From: Fimicolochytrium jonesii | Lineage: Eukaryota | Reading direction: 5' to 3' | DNA length: 64,000 nt | Assembly (NCBI RefSeq): GCF_025526975.1 | Contig: NW_026515684.1 | Location: 62,001 to 126,000, forward strand | Part shown: in pieces, positions 36,079-49,365 of the stretch | Layout of the letters: every line of letters starts with the position of its first letter | How positions within the stretch are numbered: position 1 is the first letter of the stretch | Notes under the pieces: generated by a model | The model's input: the letters and a program-made list of their open reading frames with translations, nothing else | Database searches by the model: none | What the model was told of the DNA's origin: nothing | Program-made: the position numbers and the translations under genes

Positions 36079-37623
36079 TCACAGCCTTGCCATGTAACCC
36101 TGCCTCTTCGCCGATAGCTTGATGGTTTCCCCTTCTGCGTTCGTCTTCATCCGGAAATCCAATTCAAGCAGCGCGCTCTCGCTCCCGTACATCACCCACA
36201 CCGTCCAGAAGGCTATTCTCTCCCGCCTCGTTCCTGGTGCTTTCGTAAACTTCGGTTCGTAATATCTCCACCAGAGGCACGAGCGTTTCACCGGTTCGTT
36301 TCTCGGGTTCTCCGCTTCCGTTTGCCCTTCTTCGTCCAATTTTCCGGAGCCCGGCTCGGGGTTCACGTACTCGGCCAGGTTGATGTAAGGCAGGCAATGC
36401 TTTCTGATGAGGCCCCGCTGCTTGTACGCGCGGGTTTCTCGGACTGCGGGGTCGAGCAATAGAAAGACTGCGGAGAACAGAGCTCCCTGCTCAGTTTAAC
36501 ATTAGCAGTGGCCACTTTCACTTGATATCACCGGCATTTGGTAAACTCACTTGTAATCCAGATGTCAAGTTCGCGAGGAATACAGCCCAGTAAGCGGCGC
36601 GCTTGAATTGCGGCGTGGGTTCCACGCCCTCGGCGGTATATAAGTACACGAAAACGTCATAGATCAGGTTCCACGCCTGGCTGCAGAGCGGTACGAGACA
36701 ATATATGGCAATCCGCGCAATTCCTTGTCTAACATGTCGATCGTTGCTCATGGTTAGACGGGTGTTTGTTGATGTTCCGTCGAGCTTCGACCGATCCTCC
36801 GCTAGCGTGCTCCTCTTCCTGCTGCTACTCGTCAAGAGGTACCATACGACGAAAGCTGAGGATGCTGACAATATTGACGACACTGTGACCCACGTATAAA
36901 GAAACGCCCTGGAATGGATGTTGAGAGATATGACCGCCAATCTATACTGATTTGGGCTTCACACACGTCATACCATTCGTTAGCGAACAGTTGCTGAGGG
37001 GACTCTCCGTTAAACCAGCACTCCCCAATGCCCTTATTGAAGCTTCCGAGCCCCAAGGCGATCTAGAAACCCCGAGTGGAAAAGAGGTAAATCATGCATC
37101 AGAGCAAGTAGGATCGTATTCGAACAGCTCACCATTGGGATGGCAACGGATGCGAAAAACACCAGGACGGTGTGACACTTATTCAAGATATCCGCACATC
37201 GCGAAAGGTGAAAAGCGAATACGAACAGAAGATTCAAAGCGATGACGGAGGTAGCGAAGACGCTGGCCAGTTCGCTTCCCACCATCAGCGCCATGCCGGC
37301 CATGCATATTAGGTCGCTTGGCCTTTGTTGGATGAGGATCAAGGAAGCGCTGTAAATAATCGAACCCCATAGTGATATCCCGGCGAGCCGGAAAGAGACT
37401 CGAGAAGCGAGATCCGGTCGCGTCCTTCTGATGTAAATTGCAGTCGAAAGAGCGACAGTGCATAGGATTATCGAACTGGTAGACTGGTGACAAGAAAAAA
37501 AGTCAAGCCTAGCTCTGTTTTGTCCTTTAGGCGGCCGAACTCGCTTACCGCAACGTATAGAGCGGGACTTATGGCTTTCTGGAGGGTGTCGACTTCTGAC
37601 CTCGCTGAAAGTCGTCGGGACAT
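36079..37623 (-). CDS. 7TM G-protein-coupled receptor (cAMP receptor-like/Git3-like), about 5 exons
   Basis: Spliced: MSRRLSARSEVDTLQKAISPALYVA|STSSIILCTVALSTAIYIRRTRPDLASRVSFRL...SVIALNLLFVF...GECWF...ARIAIYCLVPLCSQ...LTSGLQ|GALFSAVFLLLDPAV. Seven hydrophobic stretches. Confidence 0.82.
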
Positions 37624-38263
37624 GTCGCCGGTCTTGAAAAATGAGAAGCTACACTAAGAGCGAAGCCGGAGTAGACGGAACGGTTTACTCCAGTCCGGGA
37701 GAATCGGCGAGGGGCCACAGGCATCTCGAAGCTTATTCCGTATTCGCTTAGGTTTACCAGGGAGGTGGGTTGAAAGCAGGGTTGGAACGAGGGGAACGAG
37801 GGGAACGCTGCCATCATATCGGTAAAATAACTGTATGTAACAGTAGTAAGTAAATTGTCGGCCCAAGTTGGCAAGTGTTTCAAACAGGACGCGCAATTTG
37901 CGGCGAAACGCGTTTTTGTCTTTGGTTCACGCTTGGGAAGTTGGGATGGATGGTCCTGATTCCTGGCGTTTGATGACCGTCTATATACTGTGCCAAACCT
38001 ACGGCCACTTTGATCCTCTTGGCGTAAACTCGTTGTTCGGCCCCCAACCCTCTCGAAACCAACTGTATAAAAGTCAGCGGAACTCTCAGCCGTCCATTGC
38101 CCATGCTGTGGTTCACGGGCAACGTTCCCAATCATTCCAGGCACACGACAACATCGTGTATCGAAAAGGTCTGCTGGGAAAAAGAAAACCGCAAGCCTCC
38201 TTCAATGTGGGCGAGCACTCCGCCAGTGGGGCGCTTGGCGCCCAACACGCGAAGAAGTAAGGA

Positions 38264-39726
38264 ATGCAGCTTCGTCGGAGGTCGGAGTCGGAGTTTCGGT
38301 GTGGGGTATTAACGTGCAGCAACTGTCAAATTGTATATCAGAACAAGTAATATGGATGCTGCTCGCTATTACACTGATGGTATCGGCGGTGTGGAACCAT
38401 AAGGCGCTTGTACGGCAATACCACATGCTCAGCAGTCCGTTACCGAGCTTCGCCCGGGAGTTGGGCTATTACAACGAGGTGGGCGGAGAGCGCGCCAGCG
38501 CTGCTATCGTCATATTGTCGAGGAATAAGGAGCTAGACGACGTGATACATACGCTGAGGACGTTCGAGCCGGTTTTCAATGCCAAGTAAGTGATATAGCG
38601 GCATATACTTGTTGACGACCGTACAGTTTCAAGCTCCTGACCAAAGACCCTCTATCAATCACATATAGGTACAGATACCCGTACGTTTTCCTGAACGACA
38701 AAAAGTGGGATCCCAGTTTCAAACGGAAAGTGGCCGCATTTCTCTCGGCCGTCCGAGGTGAAAACATCTCGGAATCGGACGATCGCTACCTTCGTTTTGG
38801 GCTGATTGAGAAAGAACATTGGTCATGGCCCACGAGCGTCAATGAGAAACGAGCTCGCGCTCATATGGCGCTGGACGCGAAAAACGGCGTGCCGTATGCG
38901 GACATGGACAGTTATCACCATATGTGCCGTTACCAGAGCGGGTTTTTCTTTAAGCATGAGCTGTTGAAGGATTTCAAGTACTACTGGAGGGTATGCAGAT
39001 TTGGCATGATCCCTCATGAGCGTGCCGGCTCTTGACGCATTCTTATCAATCTATTCTTGCGAACCCTACTAGGTTGAGCCAGACGTGGACTATTACTGCC
39101 CACTCTCCTACGACCCCCTCCTCTACATGCAAAAAACCAACAAGAAATATGGCTTCAACATCGTCGCGCCCGAGTTCATGGCTACCGTCCCATCCCTCGG
39201 CAAAACGGTCAAAGCCTACATGGCCGACCAAAACATCACCTCGATACCCGACACGCTCTCCCTGATGTGGGATATGACAGCCGACGATTACAACGGCCTG
39301 CATTTCTGGTCAAACTTTGAAATCGCGTCGCTGGACTGGTTCAGATCGGATGAGTACACTAAGCTGTTCAATTACCTCGACGCGACGGGTAACTTCTACT
39401 ACGAGCGGTGGGGCGACGCGCCCGTGCATTCCGTCGCCGCTGGGGTGCTGTTGAAGCCAGACGAGCTGCATTATTTCGAGGATATCGGGTATCGGCATGG
39501 CGACCGCGTCCATTGCCCCGCTGTGAGGGAACGGGAGGGCGTGTATGGCCCGTGCGCTTGCAATTTGGAACGGTTAAAGAAGACGTGGGTCAAGTGGGGG
39601 ATCTGGGCCTACTCGGATTCGTGGATGGAGATGCTCAAAAAGTGGAACGCGTGGGCTGTGGTGCACCAGTCTGGGGAAAGCACGTTGGGCCCGGATAATG
39701 GACCTACGGACCAGGCAGGGCCGTAG
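38264..39726 (+). CDS. GT15 alpha-1,2-mannosyltransferase (KRE2/KTR/MNT family); start uncertain
   Basis: N-terminal TM; AAIVILSRNKEL, FNAK|YRYPYVFLND, SYHHMCRYQSGFFF, YYWR|VEPD, HFWSNFEI and FYYERWGDAPVHS. Confidence 0.93.
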
Positions 39727-40056
39727 TGAGGGCATTTCCGTATCTCCCCCCACCACTACACCCCGGAATACCCATCTCGGTCCCATTCTACTGTAACATA
39801 TTAGCTTTAATTTCCTTCCCTTCCTGACGCATCCCTTACTATCATTTGAGTCACGCCGGTTCACCAAGTACTCGAATGAACTTGGCAATTTTGGCAATTT
39901 TGGAAAAAAAAAAACGAGGGAAAATAAACAAAATTTGTAACACGAAGTGAAATGACACTGTAGCAAATAGACCGTAGCAGCCTATGCTGGAGTGCATTTT
40001 TGATATCAATGAAGGAATGTCTGGTATCTGATTTGGGTTTGCTGCGATGCTATCAC

Positions 40057-41951
40057 TTAACGATCGATTTCACCTGAATGGAGAAGGAGGATTTAATATC
40101 TGTTCGCGTCATTCCCGTCTCAACCAAAGGACTATATGAGACTTACCGAACACAACATCCAGAGTTCCAATGATCGTGACAGCATCAGCCAGGAAGTGAC
40201 CCTTGCCGATGAAATCGACACCAGCCAAATGTGGGAATCCAGGTGCACGGATGTGGCACCTGTATGGTCGACTTGACCCGTCTGAGACCAGGTACACTCC
40301 GAATTCACCTATATTCGACGAACGAGTTTAGTGTCTCAGCTACTCCCTATAAATCGAGGAAAACTTATGCCTACCTTTTGGCGCTTCAACGACCGTGTAG
40401 GTCTCTCCAGCCGGCACAGAGTAACCCTCCGAGTACAGCTTGAAGTGGTGAATCAACGCCTCCATACTCTCCTTCATCGTCGCACGAGATGGAGGCGCGA
40501 TTTTGTTATCCTCCACCTTGACGGGTCCCGGGGGCATTTTCTCCAGACATTGCGAAATGATCCGCAAACTTTGACGCATCTCTTCAACACGGCACAAGAA
40601 CCGGTCGTAGCAATCGCCATTGGTTCCAATTGGAATGTCAAACTCCATGTCGGCGTAGGCGTCGTATGGCTGCTCTTTACGCAGGTCCCACGCGATGCCG
40701 GATCCGCGCAACATGACTCCGGAGAAGGAATATTCGATGGCCTGCTCGGCGGTGACTTTGCCGATATCGATCAAACGCCCCTTCCATACACGGTTGATAG
40801 AGAGCGCCTCCTCCAGCTCATCTACACGGGCGTTGAACTGCACAGCCCATTTGTGGATATCGTCCATCAGTCCAATAGGCATGTCGAGGGCGACACCGCC
40901 TGGCCGGACGTAGGCGGCGTGCATACGGGCTCCGGACACACGCTCGTAGAACTCCATGAGCTTCTCACGCTCCTCGAACATCCACAAGAAGGGGGTCAGA
41001 GCACCGACATCGAGGGCGTGCGTGGTCAGAGCCATGATGTGGTTGAGAATACGGGTGATTTCGGCAAAGAGGGTGCGGATGTATTTGGCGCGAGCGGGGA
41101 TTTCGATGTTGAGGAGCTTTTCAACGGCAAGAGAGTAGGCCTGTTCGTTCGTCATCATAGACACTATCGGCATCATCTATGGTAAGTTGCATGAACTCCC
41201 TGCGACTAGAAGAGCAACAGCTACCAACCATAGTCAAGACGGTCAAAGTACGGCAAAGATTGCAGGTACGTTTTGTACTCAATGAGCTTCTCTGTTCCAC
41301 GATGCAGCAATCCAATGTGCGGGTCGGCGCGAACAATTATCTCTCCCTTCAGCTCAAGAATCAGACGCAACACTCCGTGGGCGGCAGGGTGCTGGGGTCC
41401 AAAGTTGATTGTGAAGGTGTCCAAGCTCACATCCTCGCCCTCGTAATATGGAATCTCTGTAACGAGCAATGTATGATCCATTAGCGTCTACCTTCCTGAC
41501 TGCTCCCCCCCCCCCCCCCCCCACTCCCTTATTTGTGCGTATTCCTCTCCAGAAACTGTAAACATACCGACAGCCTGTGCAAGTTGACGGGTTTTTGGCG
41601 GCACGAACCACCGCGACGTGACAGCGTACGTCTCAGGGTGCATGATGTTCTGCTTAGTCGTCGTCTTAGCTGCAGTAGGCAAAACAAACTATAAATCTTC
41701 CGTCCCTCTTCCGCGCTTTCCCACTGCAATTCCTCAATCTCCACTGACGCACCTCCTCTGGTGGCCTGACTGACAGGCGAGTTCACAGGCCCTAGCGACC
41801 GCTGCTCACGACCGAAAGAGGGGTTGACCTTTGTCAGAGCGCTAACGGCAGGTACTGTGAGAGACCGCGCATTCGGCTTCATAGGGCCAATAGCGGCGCG
41901 AGTCGCCGCGGAAAAGACCGATCGGTTGAAGAGAGGGTTTATGGCCGGCAT
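40057..41951 (-). CDS. NDUFS2: Mitochondrial complex I 49 kDa subunit (NuoD/Nad7 homologue), multi-exon
   Basis: [54 protein letters not shown] and C-terminal DVVFG|EIDR; N-terminal presequence-like region. Confidence 0.97.
41505..41522. repeat. C18 homopolymer inside a NDUFS2 intron
   Basis: Direct read; it lies between the GTATGT donor (~41567) and the TTACAG acceptor (~41457) on the minus strand. Confidence 0.9.
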
Positions 41952-43004
41952 TCTGTTCCTATTTGAGATTCCTAGAAGATCGGGATGTGTGTGGAAAGCT
42001 CTCGCTGTACTGTATTCACAGAATATTTGATAGATGCGCGCCGTCGTCGTCGGGCGCTAGCGGGAAGCTGTGGTTGACTTGCAACAAAAGGCGGCCGCTG
42101 TAAGGACTCCACTCGTGAACAAGGGATCAAAGTATACCGCCAGTCAGCTCACTCTCAAAGATATCAGAGGCAACAGTGACGGACGAGGCCCTGGTATTCC
42201 TGCGATGCCGCCAGCTGATGTTGAACGCACACGATTGGAGTGCTGGCTTGGAAGCGGAAGAAGTTGGACAGACGAATCAGTCACGTGGCTGGCATATCTT
42301 TTTATTTTCATTATTGTTCCACCTGCCCCACACACAGAAATCACCGAAATTGTGTACACACAAGCGTTAACTGGGAAGCCGACTGAACCCAATGGAGATT
42401 AAGGATCACATCGAATGCGAATCGCTAGGGGACATCAAGAGAATCAGAAGGCCTTGCAAGCAAAGGGGGGGCTGTCCAGAAGTCTGATTCTCTTGATGCG
42501 TCCCGATCTTTGCTGGTCTTCAAGTCTACCACAAGCTTCCGATTAACCCTGAACTTGAATGTGACACTCATTGTCGGCAAACTCCTTCAACCTCACTTCA
42601 ACTTCAAGTTAGGGGGCAGTGCGATTGCGTTCGAGTTTCTGTTCGCAGGGAAAGGTCGACGCCACGCACTTTCCCGAAGTGACGCTATTTCCGGAGAGGC
42701 GAGGCGAACGCGTTCAGACGGCGTCAAGTGCAGCTCTGAGTGCAGCTCCCCCCACTTTTTTCCCATAACGGAAACTCAGTGACTTGAGGTCATCCCCCAG
42801 TAACCCCGCCCAGCTGTCGGCAACTCTTAGCCTGCCCTTTCGCAACCCCTTCATCGCAAGAGGTGTTAGGAGACGGCAAACGTTGACCTTTTCCAAGTCG
42901 TTATAAGCGCCGTCGCGCTCTTTCCTTCGGTGGCCGCACCGCAATTCGAAACGCACGCTTGTGGCCTACAAGGTTCCACCCCCATAAAAACTACACACGA
43001 AGAA

Positions 43005-44401
43005 ATGGTCCGGATTGCCGAGAGGTGGGACGTCTATGTAAGTATTTCAATGGGACTAGGCGAGGTGGAAGCCTAGTATGCGAGTGACGGCCGCCTTTTG
43101 CGCCGTAGGCGCAAGAAATACAAGCTACCGAGGAAGAAGCTTGACGATGGCTAGTGGTAGCGATGCCCGCACCGAGGGCGTGAGAGTGCTTGAGCACAGA
43201 GAGAGCTAGCGAGCCTATCAGCGCGCGGGAAAGCATCGTATTTCACTCATGCATGTCATCATCTCACACACTGTTTGGCAGGAAAAAATCGGATCGGGGA
43301 GTTTTGGAGAGGTCTTTGCCGGAGAGGATGTGCAAACGCATGAGAAGGTCGCTATCAAGCGAGAATCATCCTCAGCCCATGTGCCTCAACTACAACACGA
43401 ATGTGAGTATCTCTCCTGTATTTCCGTCGTTTTCGGTTCTCAGACGGGAATCTGACTGTACGCGCTCATTTCCGAAAGATACGATGTATCAGGAGCTGTT
43501 GGACGTCGTAGGATTCCCGAGGGTCATCTATGGAGGAACGGAGGGACAGTACCATGTCATCGTGATGGAGCACCTCGGTCCAAGTTTGGCGGCTCTTCAA
43601 GCGGCATCACCTGGTGGACGGCTTCCTCTGAGAACGGTGGCATATTGCGCGCTTCAAACTCTGCAAAGATTGAGGGTACTGCATGAGCGTGGGATTGTCT
43701 TTCGTGATGTGGTGAGTTGTTTACCCGAAGCCTTGTATGACGTGTTCTCTTCTCCTAATCGCTGACCGCGAACCAGAAATCGGGACAATTCTGTGTTGGT
43801 CGTGCAGGGGAAGACATTACCCGATCACCAACGATCTATATGATTGATTTCGGGCTTGCCGCCTGGTACATCAACGACTCCGGTCAGCACATCCCTGGCA
43901 AGAAGATAGACTTGAAAAGGTCAAAGACAGGAACCGCGCGATACGCCTCATTGAATGTGCATCGCGGCAAGGAACATACTCGGCGGGATGACATTGAGTC
44001 GCTGGCTTATGTTCTTATCGAGTTAGTGAAAGGGTACGTCGTTGAGATTGATGAAACACGTATTATTTGAAGGCACCCATCCCAATCAATGCCCTCATCG
44101 CTTGAGCAGACGCCTGCCATGGTCCAACCTCCGAGCCCTGAGCTCTCGCGAAGGCTGGAAAAAGACCATGTCAATGAAAGAGCAAACCCTCATCTACGAA
44201 CTAGCCTCCGGTCTCCCCGACGCGTTCGGTCTGCTACTGGAGTACGCGCGCGAATTGGAGTTCACCGACACACCCGACTACAACTGGATGGAGAGGCTGT
44301 TTGCCGACCTGTATCAGAAACTCAGTCCGCGTGGACCGGGAGAGGAGGGTGAACGGCCGCTGGTGTGGGGAGTTGAGGCTGAGCCGAACGGGGGATGGTA
44401 G
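43005..44401 (+). CDS. Casein kinase 1-family protein kinase, divergent; 5 exons
   Basis: MVRIAERWDVY|EKIGSGSFGEVF, VAIKRE, QLQHE, VMEHLGPSL, FRDV|KSGQF, IDFGLA, TGTARYASLNVH, RRDDIESLAYV, LPWSNL and PDYNWM. Confidence 0.92.
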
Positions 44402-45283
44402 AGGGCCAGCTTGACGGTCAGCTTTGACAGTTCAGTTGACGATTCGCTTTCCTGATCTATCCGACGTACGAGATCTCTCGCTTTGCTCTCCCATTGCCTC
44501 GGCCAGTCAACCTTTATGCCCGCAGCAAAGGCTGCTCCATTCAAGAGGTTCTCCGCATGCCTTTTCCTGCAAAGAATGCATCAAACTCTGTCACGCCGCA
44601 TCATGGACGCAAACCCTCGGACGCCGCATTCTGCTTCGCCAATCGATCCGTGAACCTCCCGGATGGCGTCGCGTTGGCTCTCATCCCATCTGCGTTGCGT
44701 GTGCTCACTCTCAGCAAGCGGTGCACACGCCGCGTCTCAAGACGCCCGCCTGCCGATACCCCACCATCACCCCACCTCGCGAGCAGAAGGACAAGGAGAA
44801 TCACATTTTCTCCACGGGACCATCACATTGCAAATTCGCAGTTCACTGTTCGATATCCCTCGCATACCACCTGCGAAACTTCCTTCCTTTTTTTAGCCGG
44901 TGGGTTATCAGTTGGCGTGGCTTCATCTTCCGATGCGTGTCATCCATACCCTCTCTTCTTTTGGCGTAACGGCGTGGCGAAAACCCCTCCCTTTACACTC
45001 CCGTATACTCTCTGGCCCTCCCTCTTTTTTGGACTTTGGGTTTGGTTTTGGTTCTGGTTCTGGGAGTGTTCTGTGTATAACCGTATTTCCACCCTGTGTC
45101 TGGCATACGTTGTGCATACATATCTTATGATCTTCTGCAGTTTAGAGCTTTACTGGTTGATGATACCATTTTGCAAAGCGATTGATGTGGGAAAAGAAGT
45201 CTGGAGAGAACGCGTCAAGAACTCTCCCGGGCCCACAGCCTTGTGAACGCCAAGACCTTCCACAGCTCTTCACTCCATCCCTC

Positions 45284-45997
45284 ATGTCTGAGAAAAACAT
45301 CACCACAAAACCCATCCTAAGATCCCACCGCTCCCTCCTCCTCCTCCCACTCCTCCTCACAACCCTCCTCTGTGCACTCCTCCTCCTCACGCGTCCATTT
45401 GCCCTCCCATCCACCCTCTCCCCCGCCAACCCCCACACCGTCATGTCCACCCCCAACAACAACGACGCCTCCACGCCCGATATCTCAACCTACGCCGCAG
45501 AATACCAATCCCTCCGCACTCGCAAAGGCCATTTCGGCGGCGGCGAACACGATGTTGATGTCGACAAGTTTAACGGCAGGAAACACGTCACGATGAAACA
45601 TCTAGCGGAGACCTTGGGTGTGAAGGGAACGCCGGCGGTGAAGGTGTTGGAGGCAATGGGTGCGCCGGATGAGATTGTGCCAAAGAGTGGGGGTGGGAAT
45701 ATTCAGGCGGAGAGTGTGGGGCCTTTGGATGGTGAGGGTTTGGCAACCGGGATGCCTGGCCCGGTTTTGGGGGGTGGTGAGGCGGGTGCGGTGGCTGCGG
45801 CTGGGGCGGGTGAGACGTATTATCTTGTTTATTATTGGAGGGGACGTCATGTAAGCCTTTTTGTTGTCTTTGATCTCTGGCAAGGACGATGCATCTCATC
45901 ATTTTTGGCGTTTTCGTTTCAGGACTATGTTTGGTTCCTTGTCGGCGCCAAACATGAGACTGTCGAAGGATACGGGTGGTATGCGGCCGGCGACTGA
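45284..45997 (+). CDS. Hypothetical secreted or signal-anchored protein with a C-terminal YWRGxHDY...GWY motif
   Basis: Hydrophobic LLLLPLLLTTLLCALLLL; VLEAMGAPDE. Removing a GTAAGC...TTTCAG intron (45851-45922) gives YYWRGRH|DYVWF...GYGWYAAGD. Confidence 0.75.
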   Translation: MSEKNITTKPILRSHRSLLLLPLLLTTLLCALLLLTRPFALPSTLSPANPHTVMSTPNNNDASTPDISTYAAEYQSLRTRKGHFGGGEHDVDVDKFNGRKHVTMKHLAETLGVKGTPAVKVLEAMGAPDEIVPKSGGGNIQAESVGPLDGEGLATGMPGPVLGGGEAGAVAAAGAGETYYLVYYWRGRHVSLFVVFDLWQGRCISSFLAFSFQDYVWFLVGAKHETVEGYGWYAAGD

Positions 45998-46490
45998 GTC
46001 TTCACGCACCTTTCTCGGAGAGCCCCGACAGTCCTCTGAAGTTTTAGTACGAGTACGAGACTTCCTTTCAATATGTACATAGGTTTTCATTCCCAACAAA
46101 ATATCGAAATTTGTGCCGTTCCTTTGATGTGACCGCGGCGAGGAGCTTTGAAGCGCGGGATGAGTGACCTGTGCACATGTGACGCCTGAAAGCGAAGTAC
46201 AGCACCATCCAACAACCTCATACTTCTCTTCGTCCCATTCAGGTAAGAACCAAAGAGGAAACAGCAGGTGTGGCGACACGTCGCAGCGCAATGCAGATTC
46301 GAATAATAAGAGACATATTCTAGTTGGAGTAAATACTTGCAAAGAGATTGATACTAAATACGGGGTGAAGGAGATATACAAACACAAGTAAGAAGACATA
46401 TGTAATGTAGCAACAGAAGGCGCCGTCAATACAGGGTGAACCCCATTCAGGACGACGCAGTAACAATAGCTTGAGACTAGCGACTCTACC

Positions 46491-49365
46491 CTAGTCAACA
46501 TCCATACGGTCATCCGCCTCCTTGTCGGCCTTGGCATCCCCCTCGGGCTTAGGCGTAGCAGGCTTCTCATCCTTCGTAGCCTCCTCCTTCTTGGGCTCCT
46601 CCTTAGGCTCCTCCTTCTTGGGCGCGGGCTTGGGTCTGCTCAAAATGGGGTTGACAATGAGGTGCAGGTACTCGCGCTCCTTCTGGAGCTGGTCGATGGT
46701 GACGGCGGGATCTTGGTGCTTGGGCTGCTCGTTAGTCTTGGCGATCACGTCGTTGAGCCATGCGAGCTTTGTCTGGCACTCCTTGACGACCTTGTCGAGG
46801 TCCTCCTTGGCAATGTGGGCGTACCGGTCATCGCCAGCGGTGGTGTTGACGATCACGGAGTTGATATACTCGCGCAATTGCTTTTCTGTCCGTGGGCGCT
46901 CCTCACGCTCGAGGAAGCGGCGCTTGACAGGGTCTCCGACCTTCTGCAGGCCAGCGAGCTTCTCAGCGTAGACGCCCTTGGTGGCGCTCTCGCCCTCTTC
47001 GGTGTACAGCCAGTCTTCCATGGCGTTGAGGTCCTTGAGGAATGTCGCCTTGCTGGCTTCTGTAATGAATTCGTTCCAGGCCGAGTCAACCTTGGAGCGC
47101 GTGTCGTAGACGTACTCCTCAAGCGCGTTACGGACTTCAGCGGTGTCGATGACGAGACGGTCAGAGACAGCCATTTGACCTTCTTCGTCCTTCCATTTGT
47201 TGAGGAGTTCGGCGGGGGCGGCAGAGGTGCGTGCTACGATGGTGAGGTCGTGCTTCTTTATGATACGCTTTGTCTTGGGGCCGTCGCCGGCAGCGGGTTC
47301 AGCAGGGCTCTCCGCGGCAGGCGAGTCGACGTCCATGGGAGTGGCCTCATCCTTCTTCTCGGCCTCCTTCTTGGGCTCCTCCACCGGGACGAGCTGTTCC
47401 TCGATTTGACTGGCGCTCTCAATGGCGACCAATCCGTTGCCGTCCAAACGCGTCTTGACCTTGATGGTGGCCCTCGCTTCTGGTGCTCCGTTGGCTTGTT
47501 CGGTGACTCCACCGACCTTCTTGATGCCCTTCAACGTCCAGGTACCAATTTTGGCACCGATACCTTCGGGGTATGTGCGCTCAGCACGCTTCTCGCTGTA
47601 CGCAGCGTCGATATCGAGAGAAACGGAGCCTCCTTGAGCGGAGATCTCCTCATCCTTCAACACACGGTAGAATGTGAGAATCTGTAAGTCGAGGGAAAAT
47701 CAGAAAGGGATAAGTTTTCCATCGATGCGCACCCCGCGAACAAAACCCTCAACGAACCTTAGAGCTGGGGATGGCGTTGCCGATAGGGAAAGCCTCCATC
47801 ACAGTCTCGGGCTTCTCGCCGTTAGTGGGCGTAGGGACGTGGGCGGCGTCCCAAGACAGCTCCACAGGGTAGCCATTCCAGTCCTGGATCGCGAAATCAC
47901 GGACCTTGAAGACAGGGGAGATCATGGCGCATTGGAGAGCGCATCCACGAGCGACCGCCTCGTCCTGGTTGAGAGTGGTGGAGAGCTTGTCGGCACCGAA
48001 AAGGTCGGCAAGGGTCTGCTTCACCGCAGGGATACGGGTGGATCCGCCAATGAGCTCGACAAAGTCGACCTCCTCAGCGGTAACGCCCGCAGCGTCAAGA
48101 GCCGCCTTCAGAGGAGCAGACAGGCGCTGGATCAAAGGAGATGCCCATTCCTCGTAATCGGAACGCTGGACCTGCGCGGACACGTCCTTGTCGTCCATGA
48201 GGCACTCAACGTTCAAAACAGTTACGGCATTGGCAGACAAGATCTTCTTGACCTTTTCGCATCCCTGCCTGAGACGGAAGATGGCCTTCGCATTGCTGGC
48301 AATGTCAATCTTGTACTTTTCGGTGAATTCCTTGGTGTAGTGCTGAACAAGCACTTCGTCGAAATCACGACCACCGAGGTTGCGGTCATACGCGGTGCCC
48401 TTGACGATGAGCTTTCCTTTCACGAAGGAAACGACGGAGATCTGCGTCGAAGAGTAGCCGAGATCGAAGAACACGACGATTCTGGGCTTCGCTTTCGCGT
48501 CAGTAGGGTCGGGCAAGTCGACCTTTGTGATACCGTATCCGAGCGCAGACGCTGTTGTGTCGTTAAGGACCTTCAGGACGTTGATACCGGCGACATCTGC
48601 GGCGTCGAGGAGAGCTCTCCTTTGGTGCTCAGTGAACCACCCAGGACACGAGATAACGGCATCGGTGACGGGAATACTGATTTCCTTGCTGGTGAACTCC
48701 TTGACTTTTGTCAAGAACATGGACGCAAGCTGTGTGAATGTGTACTGACGTTGGTCCTCCTGGAACCACACGGAAGCCGCGACTTCGCCACGCTCGCCTT
48801 CGGTGAGGTTGGCGTTGATGAACTTTTTTTCCAGCTTCACATCTGGATCCGAGAACGGCCTTCCGATCAGACGCTTCAATCCTCCGACGGTGTTCTTGAA
48901 GTTGGAGATCTCCTGCGTCTTGGCGCTTTCGCCCAAGTAACGCTGCTTTTCTCCGAAGGAAACTAGCGATCTATGGTGTGATAAGAGAGAACGATCGATC
49001 AGTGTCCGTTCAAAGAGTCTCACATCAAGTCTCTCATCCCACAGCGGGCTCTCATCCCGCCCCCCGCCATGCTGAGAGATCGCTCCTCCTCAATCGAAGC
49101 TTCGGCTTAGCTTCGCACGCCCACAACCAATTTTTCACACCACAGCTCCAACTCCGACCATGATTTCCCCATCCCATCTCTGTGCCCCATTCTGCCCTCC
49201 TGTTCCCCAGATATCCACTCCCACGAACGCGCAGGTGATCTACATCTCCGACACTTACGGCGTGGCGCGGTTGGACACTTCGTTGACGATAACATCGATA
49301 CCCCTGTTGCGCGCGACGGCGACAACTGTGTTCAGAGTTCCGAAGTCAATTCCGACGACGGACAT
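46491..49365 (-). CDS. SSE1: Hsp110 family chaperone/nucleotide-exchange factor, 3 exons
   Basis: [70 protein letters not shown] and C-terminal MDVD. Confidence 0.97.

Noticed and set aside
40331..41185. 284-aa ORF antisense to NDUFS2
   Set aside because: Mirrors the sense exon; no independent coding features.
44424..45246. 181- and 250-aa ORFs downstream of CK1
   Set aside because: UTR- or promoter-like composition with no recognisable motif; a spliced CK1 tail cannot be fully excluded.
46662..48966. 341- and 430-aa plus-strand ORFs antisense to Hsp110
   Set aside because: Well-known antisense ORF artefact of Hsp70-family genes with biased codons.
48972..49257. Unusually long Hsp110 intron as a possible snoRNA host
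   Set aside because: No clear C box (RTGATGA) and D box pair with a terminal stem, and no H/ACA layout seen by eye; an Infernal search would be needed.
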